Of a stretch of DNA of 64,000 nt, positions 1-10,868 are shown piece by piece (position 1 is the first letter of the stretch; every line of letters begins with the position of its first letter). A model generated the notes under the pieces. It was not told the DNA's origin. It worked only from the letters and a program-made list of their open reading frames with translations, and did no database searches. The stretch comes from Mobula hypostoma (taxonomy: Eukaryota): positions 12,898,001 through 12,962,000 of the forward strand of contig NC_086118.1 in the NCBI RefSeq assembly GCF_963921235.1, written 5' to 3'. A program made the translations under genes and the position numbers.

Positions 1-1038
1 CAATCCAGGCAGCATCCTTGTAAATCTCCTCTGCACCCTTTCTATAGTTTCCACGTCCTTCCTGTACTGAGGTGACCAGAACTCAGCACAGTACTCCAAA
101 TGGGGCCTGACCAAAATCCTATGTAGCTATAATATTACCTCTTGGCTCCTGAACTCAATACCACGGTTGATGAAGGCCAATACACCGTATGCCATCTTAA
201 CCACAGAGTCAACCTGTGCAGCACTTCTGAGTGTCTTATGGACTTGGACCCCAAGATCCCTCTGATCCTCCAATTGCCAAGAGTTTTACCATTAATACTA
301 TATTCTGCCATCATATTTGACCTAGCAAAATAAACCACCTCACACTTATCTGGGTTGAACTCCATCTGCCACTTCTCAACCCAGTTTTGTATCCTATCGA
401 TGTCCCGCTGTAATCTCTGACAGCCCTTCAAACTATCCGCAACACCTTCAACTTTTGTGTCATCAGCAACTTTACGAACCCATCCCTCCACTTTCTCATC
501 CAGGTCATTTATAAAAATCACGAAGAGAAGGGATCCCAGAACAGATCCCTGAGGCACACCACTGGTCACTGACCTCCATGAAGAATATGACCCATCTTTG
601 TCTTCTGTGGGTAAGCCAGTTCTGGATCCACAAAGCAATGTCCCCTTGGATCCCATGCCTCCTTTCTTTCTCAATAAGCCTTGCATGGGGTACATTATCA
701 AATAGCTTGCTGAAATCCATATACACTACATCTACTGCTCTACTTTCATCAATGTGTTTAGTCACATCCTCAAAAAATTCAATCACGCTTGTAAGGCATG
801 ACCTGCCTTTGTCAAAGCTATGTTGACTATTCCTAATCATATTATGCCTCTCCAAAAGTTCTTAAATCCTGCCTCTCCAGATCTTCTCCATCAACTTACC
901 AACCACTGAAGTAAGACTCACTGGTCTATATTTTCCTGGGCAATCTCTACTCCCTTTCTTGAAGGAGGGAACATCTGCAACCCTCCAATCCTCCAGAACT
1001 TCTCTCATCCCCACTGATGATGCAAAAATTATCGCCAG
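1..1038 (-). mobile_element. CR1 LINE, RT region of a degenerate copy (continues at 5407 after an LTR insertion)
   Basis: Minus-strand ORF fragments carry CR1 RT motifs YRPVSLTSVVGKLMEKI, VDVVYMDFSK, SGVPQGSVLG and ADDTK, with frameshifts. Confidence 0.93.
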
Positions 1039-1169
1039 TGTCATGGTCCGGTCCGTGAAGTCCACATTCCGATTCACGGTCCAGTCCATGGACTCAGGAC
1101 TCCGAATCTTCCAGCTGTTCCTTGTTTGAGTTAATCACAGGCACCTGATTCCCATCTTGGGGCTTGGAA

Positions 1170-1176
1170 TATAAGA
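1170..1176 (+). promoter_or_regulatory. Putative TATA box of the solo LTR
   Basis: GGAATATAAGAAGCC lies ~130 bp inside the LTR 5' end. Confidence 0.35.
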
Positions 1177-1485
1177 AGCCTTGGGGTTGAGTGTGGGCTG
1201 CTGGTGTCTTGTCAAGATCCCCTGGGAGCAACCTACTGGTGGAAGGCTAGAGCGGCCACTTGTCATCTTTAGACTGTGTTGGAGAACCATCGCTTCATGG
1301 AGCCTTGCTGTCGGTAGTCAGAGCTATCCTTGCAGTGTGGATTTGGCTGTTTCCCGGCCAGCTGAGTGGCTACCAGCCACTCCGAGCTAGGTAGGGATCT
1401 GGCTGTTTCTGTAGCCAGCTGAGGTTGCTGCCCGAACTGAGACTCGGAGCTACCCTGGAGAGGAGATGTAACTGTCTGTCGTTCT

Positions 1486-4400
1486 TTGGTGTTGGTCTCT
1501 TCTTGTCCTTGCCTCCGTGGGGTAAAGCAGGCTGTTTTGTCGTTGCCCTGTGGGGTGATCGGTCTTGTCTTGTCCTCATCTCTGTGGGGTAAGTCAGGCC
1601 GTTTTGCTGTTGCCCTGTGGGGGGGGGGGGTCCTGTCTTGTCTTGTCTTGTCTTGTCCTCGCCTCCATGGGATAAGTCAGGCCGTTTTTCCGTTGCCTTG
1701 CCGGGGGATCTGTCTTGTCTTGTCCTCGACTCTGTTGGGTAAGTCAGGCCATTCTGCCATTACCCAACAGGTGAACCTGTCCCACCTTGCTATGGAGAGG
1801 TTGAGTCCAGGCTGGTCCAAGTATAATTCCCGGCTCTATGTCTATGTACTGTCCTGTCTCATGTTGGTGGATGAATTGAAAGTGCAGATTGTTATTAATG
1901 ATTATGATATAGTTGGGATCACAGAGACATGGCTCCAGGGTGACCAGGGATGGGAGCTCAACGTTCAGGGTTATTCAATATTCAGGAGGGATAGACATGA
2001 AGGAAGGGGAGGTGGGGTGGCGTTGCTGGTTAAAAAAGAGATTAACGCAATAGAAAGGAAGGACATAAGCCGGGAAGATGTGGAATCGATATGGGTAGAG
2101 CTGCGTAACACTAAGGGGCAGAAGACGCTGGTGGGAGTTGTGTACAGGCCACCTAACAGTAGTAGTGAGGTCGGAGATGGTATTAAACAGGAAATTAGAA
2201 ATGTGTGCAATAAAGGAACAGCAGTTATAATGGGTGACTTCAATCTACATGCAGACTGGGTGAACCAAATTGGTAAAGGTGCTGAGGAAGAGGATTTCTT
2301 GGAATGTATGCGGGATGGTTTTTTGAACCAACATGTCGAGGAACCGACTAGAGAGCAGGCTATTCTGGACTGGGTTTTGAACAATGAGGAAGGGTTAATT
2401 AGCGATCTTGTCGTGAGAGGCCCCTTGGGTAAGAGTGACCATAATATGGTGGAATTCTTCATTAACATGGAGAGTGACATAGTTAATTCAGAAACAAAGG
2501 TTCTGAACTTAAAGAGGGGTAACTTTGAAGGTATGAGTCGTGAATTAGCTAAGATAGACTGGCAAATGACACTTAAAGGATTGACGGTGGATATGCAATG
2601 GCAGGCATTTAAAGGTTGCATGGATGAACTACAACAATTGTTCATCCCAGTTTGGCAAAAGAATAAATCAAGGAAGGTAGTGCACCCGTGGCTGACAAGA
2701 GAAATTAGGGATAGTATCAATTCCAAAGAAGTAGCATACAAATTAGCCAGAGAAAGTGGCTCACCTGAGGACTGGGAGAAATTCAGAGTTCAGCAGAGGA
2801 GGACAAAGGGCTTAATTAGGAAGGGGAAAAAAGATTATGAGAGAAAACTGGCAGAGAACATAAAAACGGACTGTAAAAGCTTTTATAGATATGTAAAAAG
2901 GAAAAGACTGATAAAGACAAATGTAGGTCCCCTGCAAACAGAAACAGGTGAATTGATTATGGGGAGCAAGGACATGGCAGACCAATTGAATAATTACTTT
3001 GGTTCTGTCTTCACTAAGGAGGACATAAATAATCTTCCAGAAATAGTAAGGGACAGAGGGTCCAGTGAGATGGAGGAACTGAGCGAAATACATGTTAGTA
3101 GGGAAGTGGTGTTAGGTAAATTGAAGGGATTGAAGGCAGATAAATCCCCAGGGCCAGATGGTCTGCATCCCAGAGTGCTTAAGGAAGTAACCCAAGAAAT
3201 AGTGGATGCATTAGTGATAATTTTTCAAAACTCGTTAGATTCTGGACTAGTTCCTGAGGATTGGAGGGTGGCTAATGTAACCCCACTTTTTAAAAAAGGA
3301 GGGAGAGAGAAACCGGGGAATTATAGGCCGGTTAGCCTAACGTCGGTGGTGGGGAAACTGCTGGAGTCAGTTATCAAGGATGTGATAACAGCACATTTGG
3401 AAAGCGGTGAAATGATTGGACAAAGTCAGCATGGATTTGTGAAAGGAAAATCATGTCTGACGAATCTCATAGAATTTTTTGAGGATGTAACTAGTAGAGT
3501 GGATAGGGGAGAACCAGTGGATGTGGTATATTTGGATTTTCAAAAGGCTTTTGACAAGGTCCCACACAGGAGATTAGTGTGCAAACTTAAAGCACACGGT
3601 ATTGGGGGTAAGGTATTGGTGTGGGTGGAGAATTGGTTAGCAGACAGGAAGCAAAGAGTGGGAATAAACGGGACCTTTTCAGAATGGCAGGCGGTGACTA
3701 GTGGGGTACCGCAAGGCTCAGTGCTGGGACCCCAGTTGTTTACAATATATATTAATGACTTGGATGAGGGAATTAAATGCAGCATCTCCAAGTTTGCGGA
3801 TGACACGAAGCTGGGTGGCAGTGTTAGCAGTGAGGAGGATGCTAAGGGGATGCAGGGTGACTTGGATAGGTTGGGTGAGTGGGCAAACTCATGGCAGATG
3901 CAATTTAGTGTGGATAAATGTGAAGTTATCCACTTTGGTGGCAAAAATAGGAAAACAGATTATTATCTGAATGGTGGCCGATTAGGAAAAGGGGAGGTGC
4001 AACGAGACCTGGGTGTCATTATACACCAGTCATTGAAAGTGGGCATGCAGGTACAGCAGGCGGTGAAAAAGGCGAACGGTATGCTGGCATTTATAGCGAG
4101 AGGATTCGAGTACAGGAGCAGGGAGGTACTACTGCAGTTGTACAAGGCCTTGGTGAGACCACACCTGGAGTATTGTGTGCAGTTTTGGTCCCCTAATCTG
4201 AGGAAAGACATCTTTGCCATAGAGGGAGTACAAAGAAGGTTCACCAGATTGATTCCTGGGATGGCAGGTCTTTCATATGAAGAAAGACTGGATGAACTGG
4301 GCTTGTACTCGTTGGAATTTAGAAGATTGAGGGGGGATCTGATTGAAATGTATAAGATCCTAAAGGGATTGGACAGGCTAGATGCGGGAAGATTGTTCCC

Positions 4401-4626
4401 GATGTTGGGGAGGTCCAGAACGAGGGGTCACAGTTTGAGGATAGAGGGGAAGCCTTTTAGGACCGAGATTAGGAAAAACTTCTTCACACAGAGAGTGGTG
4501 AATCTGTGGAATTCTCTGCCACAGCAAACTGTTGAGGCCAGTTCATTAGCTATGTTTAAAAGGAAGTTAGATATGGCCCTTGTGGCTACAGGGGTCAGGG
4601 GGTATGGAGGGAAGGCTGGGTTCTGA
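1486..4626 (+). CDS. CR1 ORF2 (APE endonuclease + reverse transcriptase), fused in frame to ~125 codons of LTR-derived sequence
   Basis: EN motifs ITETWL, VVYRPP, MGDFN and SDH. RT motifs KSPGPDG, YRPVSLTS, YLDFQKAFD, GVPQGSVLGP and KFADD. No stop codons. Confidence 0.9.
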   Translation: MVLVSSCPCLRGVKQAVLSLPCGVIGLVLSSSLWGKSGRFAVALWGGGVLSCLVLSCPRLHGISQAVFPLPCRGICLVLSSTLLGKSGHSAITQQVNLSHLAMERLSPGWSKYNSRLYVYVLSCLMLVDELKVQIVINDYDIVGITETWLQGDQGWELNVQGYSIFRRDRHEGRGGGVALLVKKEINAIERKDISREDVESIWVELRNTKGQKTLVGVVYRPPNSSSEVGDGIKQEIRNVCNKGTAVIMGDFNLHADWVNQIGKGAEEEDFLECMRDGFLNQHVEEPTREQAILDWVLNNEEGLISDLVVRGPLGKSDHNMVEFFINMESDIVNSETKVLNLKRGNFEGMSRELAKIDWQMTLKGLTVDMQWQAFKGCMDELQQLFIPVWQKNKSRKVVHPWLTREIRDSINSKEVAYKLARESGSPEDWEKFRVQQRRTKGLIRKGKKDYERKLAENIKTDCKSFYRYVKRKRLIKTNVGPLQTETGELIMGSKDMADQLNNYFGSVFTKEDINNLPEIVRDRGSSEMEELSEIHVSREVVLGKLKGLKADKSPGPDGLHPRVLKEVTQEIVDALVIIFQNSLDSGLVPEDWRVANVTPLFKKGGREKPGNYRPVSLTSVVGKLLESVIKDVITAHLESGEMIGQSQHGFVKGKSCLTNLIEFFEDVTSRVDRGEPVDVVYLDFQKAFDKVPHRRLVCKLKAHGIGGKVLVWVENWLADRKQRVGINGTFSEWQAVTSGVPQGSVLGPQLFTIYINDLDEGIKCSISKFADDTKLGGSVSSEEDAKGMQGDLDRLGEWANSWQMQFSVDKCEVIHFGGKNRKTDYYLNGGRLGKGEVQRDLGVIIHQSLKVGMQVQQAVKKANGMLAFIARGFEYRSREVLLQLYKALVRPHLEYCVQFWSPNLRKDIFAIEGVQRRFTRLIPGMAGLSYEERLDELGLYSLEFRRLRGDLIEMYKILKGLDRLDAGRLFPMLGRSRTRGHSLRIEGKPFRTEIRKNFFTQRVVNLWNSLPQQTVEASSLAMFKRKLDMALVATGVRGYGGKAGF
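1495..1765 (+). repeat. Degenerate tandem array inside the LTR, about four units of ~70-80 bp
   Basis: The motif TCTTGTCTTGTCCTC...GGGTAAGTCAGGCCGTTTT...GTTGCCCTG recurs. Confidence 0.8.
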
Positions 4627-4722
4627 GTTGGATGATCAGCCATGATCATAATAAATGGCAGTGCAGGCTCGAAGGGCCGAATGGCCTACTCCTGCACCTA
4701 TTTTCTATGTTTCTATGTTTCT
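1867..4722 (+). mobile_element. Young 5'-truncated CR1 LINE inserted in the solo LTR
   Basis: Uninterrupted ORF2, 3' UTR and (TTCTATGT)n tail. Probable TSD ATGTTG at 1861-1866 and 4723-4728. Confidence 0.95.
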
Positions 4723-4857
4723 ATGTTGATGTCGTGTTAACGATGAGTCCCAGCTTTTCAAAGGACAAGTCCTGGCTCTATGTTGATGTTCAATTCCCAG
4801 TCAACTCCAGCCTCTGAGTTATCAGCCTCCACATTTCAAGACGAAGATCCTGCAACC

Positions 4858-5026
4858 AAGCTCCAAGAACCCAAGCCTCGAGGATCCCGCAGACAAGCTC
4901 CAAGAACCCAAGCCTCGAGGATACTGCAGCCAATCTCCGAGAACCCAAGCCTCGAGGATGCCACGGACAAGCTCCAAGAACCCAAGCCTCGAGGATATCA
5001 CAGCCAAGCTCCAAGAACCCAAGCCT
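4858..5026 (+). repeat. 37-bp tandem array (28-bp conserved + 9-bp variable), 4.6 copies, inside the LTR
   Basis: AAGCTCCAAGAACCCAAGCCTCGAGGAT at 4858, 4895, 4932 (variant) and 4969, with a partial copy at 5006. Confidence 0.9.
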
Positions 5027-6363
5027 GAAGTCCCCAGCCTCCAAGCTCACAACCCAAAACCCCAGCCTCAAACCTCGAGCAAAGACCCCAGCCTATCTCC
5101 AAGCCTCTAGACCCCAGCCATGTCCTGTCCTGAAGCCATGTCATGTCCTTGCCTGGTTCTGGGGTCCGAGCCCAAGGCAAGACCCAGGTTCTGGGTCCTT
5201 GTCCAGTCTCGTGCTCGGAGTCGAAACCTTGTCTCCTAGTCCATGACTTCTAGTCCTGGTCTTGCTTTCTCTAACCCAAGTCTGCGTTCTTGTCCCGGCT
5301 CCTGGTCTGAATCCTGTCACATCCCTACTCTAGTCAAGTCCTATTCCTTGTACTTCAGTGTCTGTGTCTTGCATTTGGGCCCGTTCCCAGCCCCCCCATT
5401 GTGACAGCCAGCGGCTCAGTAATCTCCTCCCTCACCTCATACATTAGCCCGGGGTATATCTCGCCCAGTCCCGGTGACTTATCCATCTTGATACTTTCCA
5501 AAACAGCACATCCTCTTTCTTAAGGTCTATATGCTCACGCTTTTTAGTTCGTTGTAAGTCATCCCTACAATCGCCAAGGTCCTTTTCCGTAGTGAATACT
5601 GAAACAAGGTATTCATTAAGTACCTCTGCTATCTCCCCCAGTTCCATTTTCACTTTTCCACTGTCACACTTGATTGGTCCTGTTCTCTCATGTCTTATCC
5701 TCTTGTAGAATGCCTTGAGGTTTTTCTTAATTCTTCGCATGGCCCCTTCTGGCTTTCCTAATTTCATTCTTAAGCTCCTTCCTGCTAGCCTTATCATTTT
5801 ATAGATCTCAATCATTATGTAGTCTTTTGAACTTTTCATAAGCTTTTCTTTTCTTCTTGACTAGATTTTCTACAGCCTTTGTACATCACGGTTCCTGTAT
5901 CCTACCATCCTTTCCCTGTCTCATTGTAACACACCCATGCAGAATGCCACGCAGATATCCTCTGAACATTTGCAACATTTCTGCTGTACATTTCCCTGAG
6001 AACATCTGCTCCCAATTATGCTTCCAAGTTCCTGCCTGATAGCTTCATATTTCCCTTTACTCCAATTAAATATTTTCCTGACTTACCTGCTCCTACCCCC
6101 CTCCAATGCTATGGTAAAAGAGATAGAATTGTGATCACTCTCTCCAAAATGCTCTCCCACTGAGAGACTTGACACCTGACCAGGTTCATTTCCCAATACC
6201 AGATCAAGTCCAGCCTCTTCTCTATATATCTACATATTATGTCAGAAAATCTTCCTGAACACACCTAGCAAACTCCACCCCATCTAAACTCGTTGCTCTA
6301 GGGAGATACCAATCAATATTTGGGAAATTAAAATCTCTCATCAAGACAACCCTGTTATTATTA

Positions 6364-6602
6364 AAGCAACATACATCAAAGTTGCTGGTGAACGCAGCAG
6401 GCCAAGCAGCATCTATAGGAAGAGGCGCAGTCGACGTTTCAGGCCGAGACCCTTCGTCAGGACTAACGAATCCTGACGAAGGGTCTCGGCCTGAAACGTC
6501 GACTGCGCCTCTTCCTGTAGATGCTGCTTGGCCTGCTGCGTTCACCAGCAACTTTGATGTATGTTGCTTGAATTTCCAGCATCTGCATAATTCCTGTTGT
6601 TT
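6364..6602. mobile_element. Penelope-like non-autonomous fold-back insertion (inverted pseudo-LTR ends)
   Basis: 99-bp inverted arms at 6364-6462 and 6471-6569 with an 8-nt loop. 13-bp TSD CCTGTTATTATTA at 6351-6363 and 6603-6615. The terminal sequence is shared with GIY-YIG-linked copies elsewhere in the window. Confidence 0.85.
6428..6465 (-). ncRNA. Minimal type I hammerhead ribozyme motif (Penelope-associated)
   Basis: Reads UAGUC-CUGACGA-AGG(GUCUCGG)CCU-GAAA-CGUC-GACUG: both core boxes, stem II and stem I are present, and helix III is reduced to palindromic ACGU. Confidence 0.7.
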
Positions 6603-7383
6603 CCTGTTATTATTACACTGTTCCAGTATCTGCTCCTTGAAGTCCCAGTTACTATTAGGTGGTCTATAAAAAAAACACCCCAGTAGAGTTATTGACCCCC
6701 CTCCTGTTTCTAAATTCCACCCACAGAGACTCAGTAGACAATCCCTCCATGACTTCTTCCTTTCCTGCGGCTGTGATACTATCTCTGATCAGTAATGCCA
6801 AGCCCCCACCTCTTTTATCTCCCTTCCTGTCCTTTTTGAAACACCTAAAGCCTGGCACTCTAAGTAACCATTCCAGCCCCTGAGCCGTCCAAGTCTCTGT
6901 AATGGCCACAACATCACAGCTCCAAATATTGATCCACACTCTACGCTCATCCACTTTGTCTATTATACCCCTTGCATTAAAATAGAGACATCTCAAACCA
7001 TCAGTCTGAGCATATCCCTTTTCCTTCACCTGCCTATCCTCCCTCTCATACTGCCTACAGGCTTTCTCTATTTGTGAGCCAACCACCCTTTCCTCAGTCT
7101 CTACAGTTCAGTTCCCACCCTCATCAGTTCTAGTTTACACTCTCCCCAAAAGCCTTAGCAAACCTCCCTGCCAGGATAACGGTTCCCCCTTTGATTCAAG
7201 GGCAACGCATCCTTATTGTGTAGGTCACGCCTGCCCCAAAGGAGGTCCCAATGATCCAGATATCTGAATCCCTGCTCCCTGTTCCAATCCCTCAGCCACG
7301 CATTTATCCTCCACCTCACTCTATTCCTGTTGTGTGGCACAGGCAGTAATCCCAAGATTACTACCTTTGAGGTCCTGCTTGTA

Positions 7384-8055
7384 AGTTAGCACTGAGTATA
7401 TGGCAGTGTTGAATGCAGAGCTGTACAAATAAACAGCAAAGCAACATAGGTTTTGCTGTTGTCCAGGTGATCCCAGGCTGGGTGGAGAACCAGTGGAATT
7501 ACATCTGCTGTAGATCCATTGTAGTGACAAGAAAATTGCAATGGGTCCAGGTCCTTGCTTAGGTCTGAGTTAATTTTAGCCATAACTAATTTCACAAAGC
7601 ACTTCATCACAGTGGATCTGAGTTCAGCTGGGGAATAGACGTTGAGGCAGCTCACTCTGCTCTTCTTGGGCACTGCCCTTTTGAATTATGTGGGATCCTC
7701 TGACAGCAGCATAAAGAGATTGACGATGTCCTTCAACATTCCTGCCCATTGGTTGGCACAGATTTTCAGTGCCCGACTAGCTACACCCTCAGGACCTCAC
7801 CCCTTTCAGGAGTTCACCCTTTTGAAAGATGTTCTGACGTTGGCCTCTGAGACAGACGTCACACGGTAACCAGATGCTGCAGGGATTTGCACAGGTATAG
7901 TTTTATTCTCCTTTTCAAAGCCTGAATAAAAGGCATTGAGCTCATCTGGGAGAGAAGCATCACAGCTATTCATGATGTTAGGTTTCAACTTGTAGGGGTT
8001 AATAATCTGCAATCCCTGCCAGAGCTGACATGGATCTGATTCCATCAAGCCTCCG
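7384..8055 (-). mobile_element. Rex1/Babar-like LINE fragment (RT N-terminal part)
   Basis: [13 protein letters not shown] and VMKCFVKLV...DLDPLQF...HLDNSKTYVALLFI. Confidence 0.8.
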
Positions 8056-10435
8056 TTGCGACCAACACCGGGGAAAGGCGCCGTAGACATGGGAGGTTGG
8101 GCACCGTGGCAGATGCCACGGGAGAAGGAGGAATATCAAAGGGCCTCGATGACTTGTGCCTCAAGGAATTCCCTGAGGCTTCCCAGATACAACAGTACCA
8201 GCCTTACCTGGCCCAAGTCAAACTTGCCACATGACACAACGGGTGGAGCCCCACTGAGACAGCGGTACACCTTGCCCTGGCTCTGGAGGAAGATGCCCTG
8301 CGGGCTCTCCTCGGCCTACTGCCGGCAGATTAGCGTGAATACAAGGCCGTTGTAGTGGTGCTGAAGTGGCGTTTCGAGCAGAAGCCATGATGGGAGAACT
8401 GTGCAGCAGACGACGCCATATGGGAGAAAACTTGGGGGCATTAGCAGCTGATCTCCGCCACTGTGCTCAGCATGGCTACCCCCAGTTCCCTCCCGCGGCC
8501 TTGCCCTCCACGCCTTTGTAAAGGCGCTGACGCTGGAGTGCTTTCGGCAGCATGTTCGCCTGACACCATCTTCACCGCTGGACGAGGCGGAGAGGGCAGA
8601 AGCAATTTTAGCCCCCCAAGGTGTTCCAGCATCGCCCCGTACACAGCAAGCCCAGGCCTGTGTCACCGAGGCAGAGGAGGAAACTGATGAGGAGGAGCCT
8701 GTGAGACAGGTCCAACCCTGCCGTGGGCCATGAAACGATCCCTGCTACTGGTGCGGTGAGGCTGGTCATTTGGCCAGGGACTGCCCAGCACGGGCACCAT
8801 GCCACAACTCAGAGCAGCCATCGGGAAACACCAAGCGGGCAGTGCCACCGGAATCCACCAGCAGAACCCCTCCATTGTCACCACTCCAGGTGGGGCATTT
8901 GGGTGAAGAGCAAGGCTTATACATGGACGGTGTGGTGGAGGGCATCAGATGCCAAGCATTGGTGGACATGGGGTCAACCATCTCTATCATCCATCCCGGT
9001 GTTCTCCCCAACGTGGACCTGGGTGGACAACGATGGCAGTCCAGCTGGCTACGGTCACTCACGACCGTGCGGCAATGCGAGGGAAGAGGAGGCTGCATGT
9101 CACAGTGGGGAGAAACACAGTAGAGCACAAGGTGTGGCTTGCCGACATCTGAGAGTCTTCCATTCTTGGCCTGGACCTGCAGTCCTGCTGGGGGACCCAT
9201 GTGGAAGTGTCGGGGAAAACACTCTACCTTGGCGCTGGAGCCGTGGCTCTCCAGCAGGGCAGCTCCAGGAAGCGGTCCCAGCGGGAGCAGCAACCACCAC
9301 CGGTTTCACAGCGGCCGGCGGCGGTACAACGCACCAGGCAGCGGCCCAGCGCAACACAACTGAAAAATGGCAAGTGACGGTGATGGCGCTTCAGGTGACA
9401 GCCAATACCCTGGACCTGGAGACCAAAGCCCTATACTCGCAGTGGGGAACGCTGGAGGTGCGCAATGGGTTTTTGTTCCAGTGGTGGCAGTTGTTGTCCG
9501 ATGGTGACAGGCATCTCTTGCAGCTGGTGGTTCCCCCGGGGGCTCCGCACCACCGTGCTGCGGTCATGCCCGGGCTGGAGGGGGACGGCCATTCCGGAGT
9601 TGCAAAGACGTTGGATAGGCTGCGTGAACGCTTCTACTGGCCCAGGCACAGGCAGGACGGGAGCTGTTTGTGCACTGCTGTGAAGCTTGCACGTCCCAGA
9701 AGGGCCGAGTGACCAGTTTAGGGTGCCAATGCAGCAGTACATGGTGGGGGCCCCAGTATGGGTCTACAGCCCCTCCTGGAAGAAGGGGCTATCCTCCAAG
9801 CTTGGAAGTCACTGGAAAGGTCTGGGAGAGGTGCTCGACCACATCTCCGATGTGGTGTAGTGGGTGTGGTTGCCTGAGTGACAGAAGGCAGTCGCACAGG
9901 GACCAGCTGGCATCATGTCAGTCCTGGGCCACCACTAACCCAGCGAGGCTGAAGGAAGGAAGTGACACTCCGGGTGCCCTGCCTCTTGCCTCACACAAAC
10001 AGGCGGCATTGTCGCCCACTGGGACTTTTGGACTTTGTTACAGACTCTGGGGTTGCTGAGGATGGCTGACCCTCGGGTGGGGGCAGTGTGATGCCTTAGG
10101 GGGGGGTGCATGGTCGATAGCTCACCCCTGCATTTCTAATGACCAGTACTGTTTATTGTTGTTATGTTGAAGTGCTTTTGTGGGATTATGGTGGGAAGTT
10201 CCAATTCATTTATTGGTACAGTTTAGCTTGGGTTATACAGTTATTTGCTTGTTTATTTGTGGGTCACCCAAACTGTAACCGGGGTGTGTGTTGGTCACCT
10301 CCCCCGTCTGTATGAGACTGATTGGGTTCACTCGCCGGGTCGTGGTGCCCAGACTGTCTTGTGTTTATCACAATAAAACAGTTGTTGTGTTAATGAGCTT
10401 CCTCGTCTGTCATTATGGACCAAATGCTCGCCACA
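8056..10435 (+). mobile_element. Degenerate, internally deleted Gypsy element with 3' LTR (5' end lost)
   Basis: Zinc knuckle CYWCGEAGHLARDC (~8742), protease ALVDMGSTISII (~8955) and integrase Zn-binding GHSGVAKTLDRLRERFYWP (~9587). No RT seen. Purine tract at ~10075-10086, then LTR TGTG...CCACA at 10087-10435 with AATAAA at 10372. Confidence 0.85.
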
Positions 10436-10596
10436 TTATTATTAATGTCAGGAAAATATTATTAGTTTGAAGAATCCATAAATGATAGAATATATGACTG
10501 TTAAGGCTGTGAATATTAAAATAAATACTTTTGACACTGTTACCTCAAAGCAATGCTCTGAGAATTTTTTGTAATATGAACCCACAAAAGGGTTCA

Positions 10597-10868
10597 GGGG
10601 TGACATGGTAGCATAGTGGTTAACACAATGCTCTATAGTACAGGCAACTGGTGTTCAGTTTCTGCCACTGCGTGTTCTCCCCATGACTGTGTGGGTTTCC
10701 TCTGGGTGCTCCGGTTTCCTCCCACAGTACAAAGTTGTACCGGTTGGTTGGTTAATTGGTCATTGTAAATTGTCCTTTGATGAGGCTCGGATTAAATTGG
10801 GGGGTTGCTGGGCAGCGTGGCTTGAAGGGCTGGGAGGTCCTTTTCTCTGCCTTACCTGAATAAAAAAA
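10597..10868 (+). mobile_element. tRNA-derived V-SINE (HE1-like)
   Basis: tRNA-like head with A/B-box remnants, V-core GGGTTTCCTCTGGGTGCTCCGGTTTCCTCCCACA and an A-rich tail. Confidence 0.75.

Larger units (their letters stand above)
1039..5406 (+). mobile_element. Solo LTR of a Gypsy-like element (~1.5 kb after removing the internal CR1 insertion)
   Basis: TGTCA...TGACA termini. The 5-bp TSD GCCAG at 1034-1038 and 5407-5411 splits the host CR1. There is a TATA-like TATAAG at ~1170 and two internal tandem arrays. Confidence 0.85.
5407..7383 (-). mobile_element. CR1 LINE, 5' part (tether, endonuclease, esterase-like ORF1 remnant)
   Basis: LRCLYFNARGI...VAITETW...RGGGLALLI (6664-7086). INAWLRDWNREQGFRYLDHWD (7155-7355) resembles CR1 ORF1 SGNH esterase. 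Confidence 0.9.

Noticed and set aside
1971..4649. Long antisense ORFs over CR1 (also 52241-52933, 24114-24905, 36442-39316)
   Set aside because: These are shadow frames of retroelement ORFs with no independent motifs.
4858..5026. CRISPR-like repeat-spacer pattern
   Set aside because: The spacers are only 9 bp and related to each other. The context is a vertebrate LTR with no cas genes, so this is a minisatellite.
6237..6669. Two ORFs with identical N-termini on opposite strands
   Set aside because: This is an artefact of the palindromic Penelope insertion.
10597..10670. tRNA gene
   Set aside because: It is a decayed SINE head that cannot form a cloverleaf.
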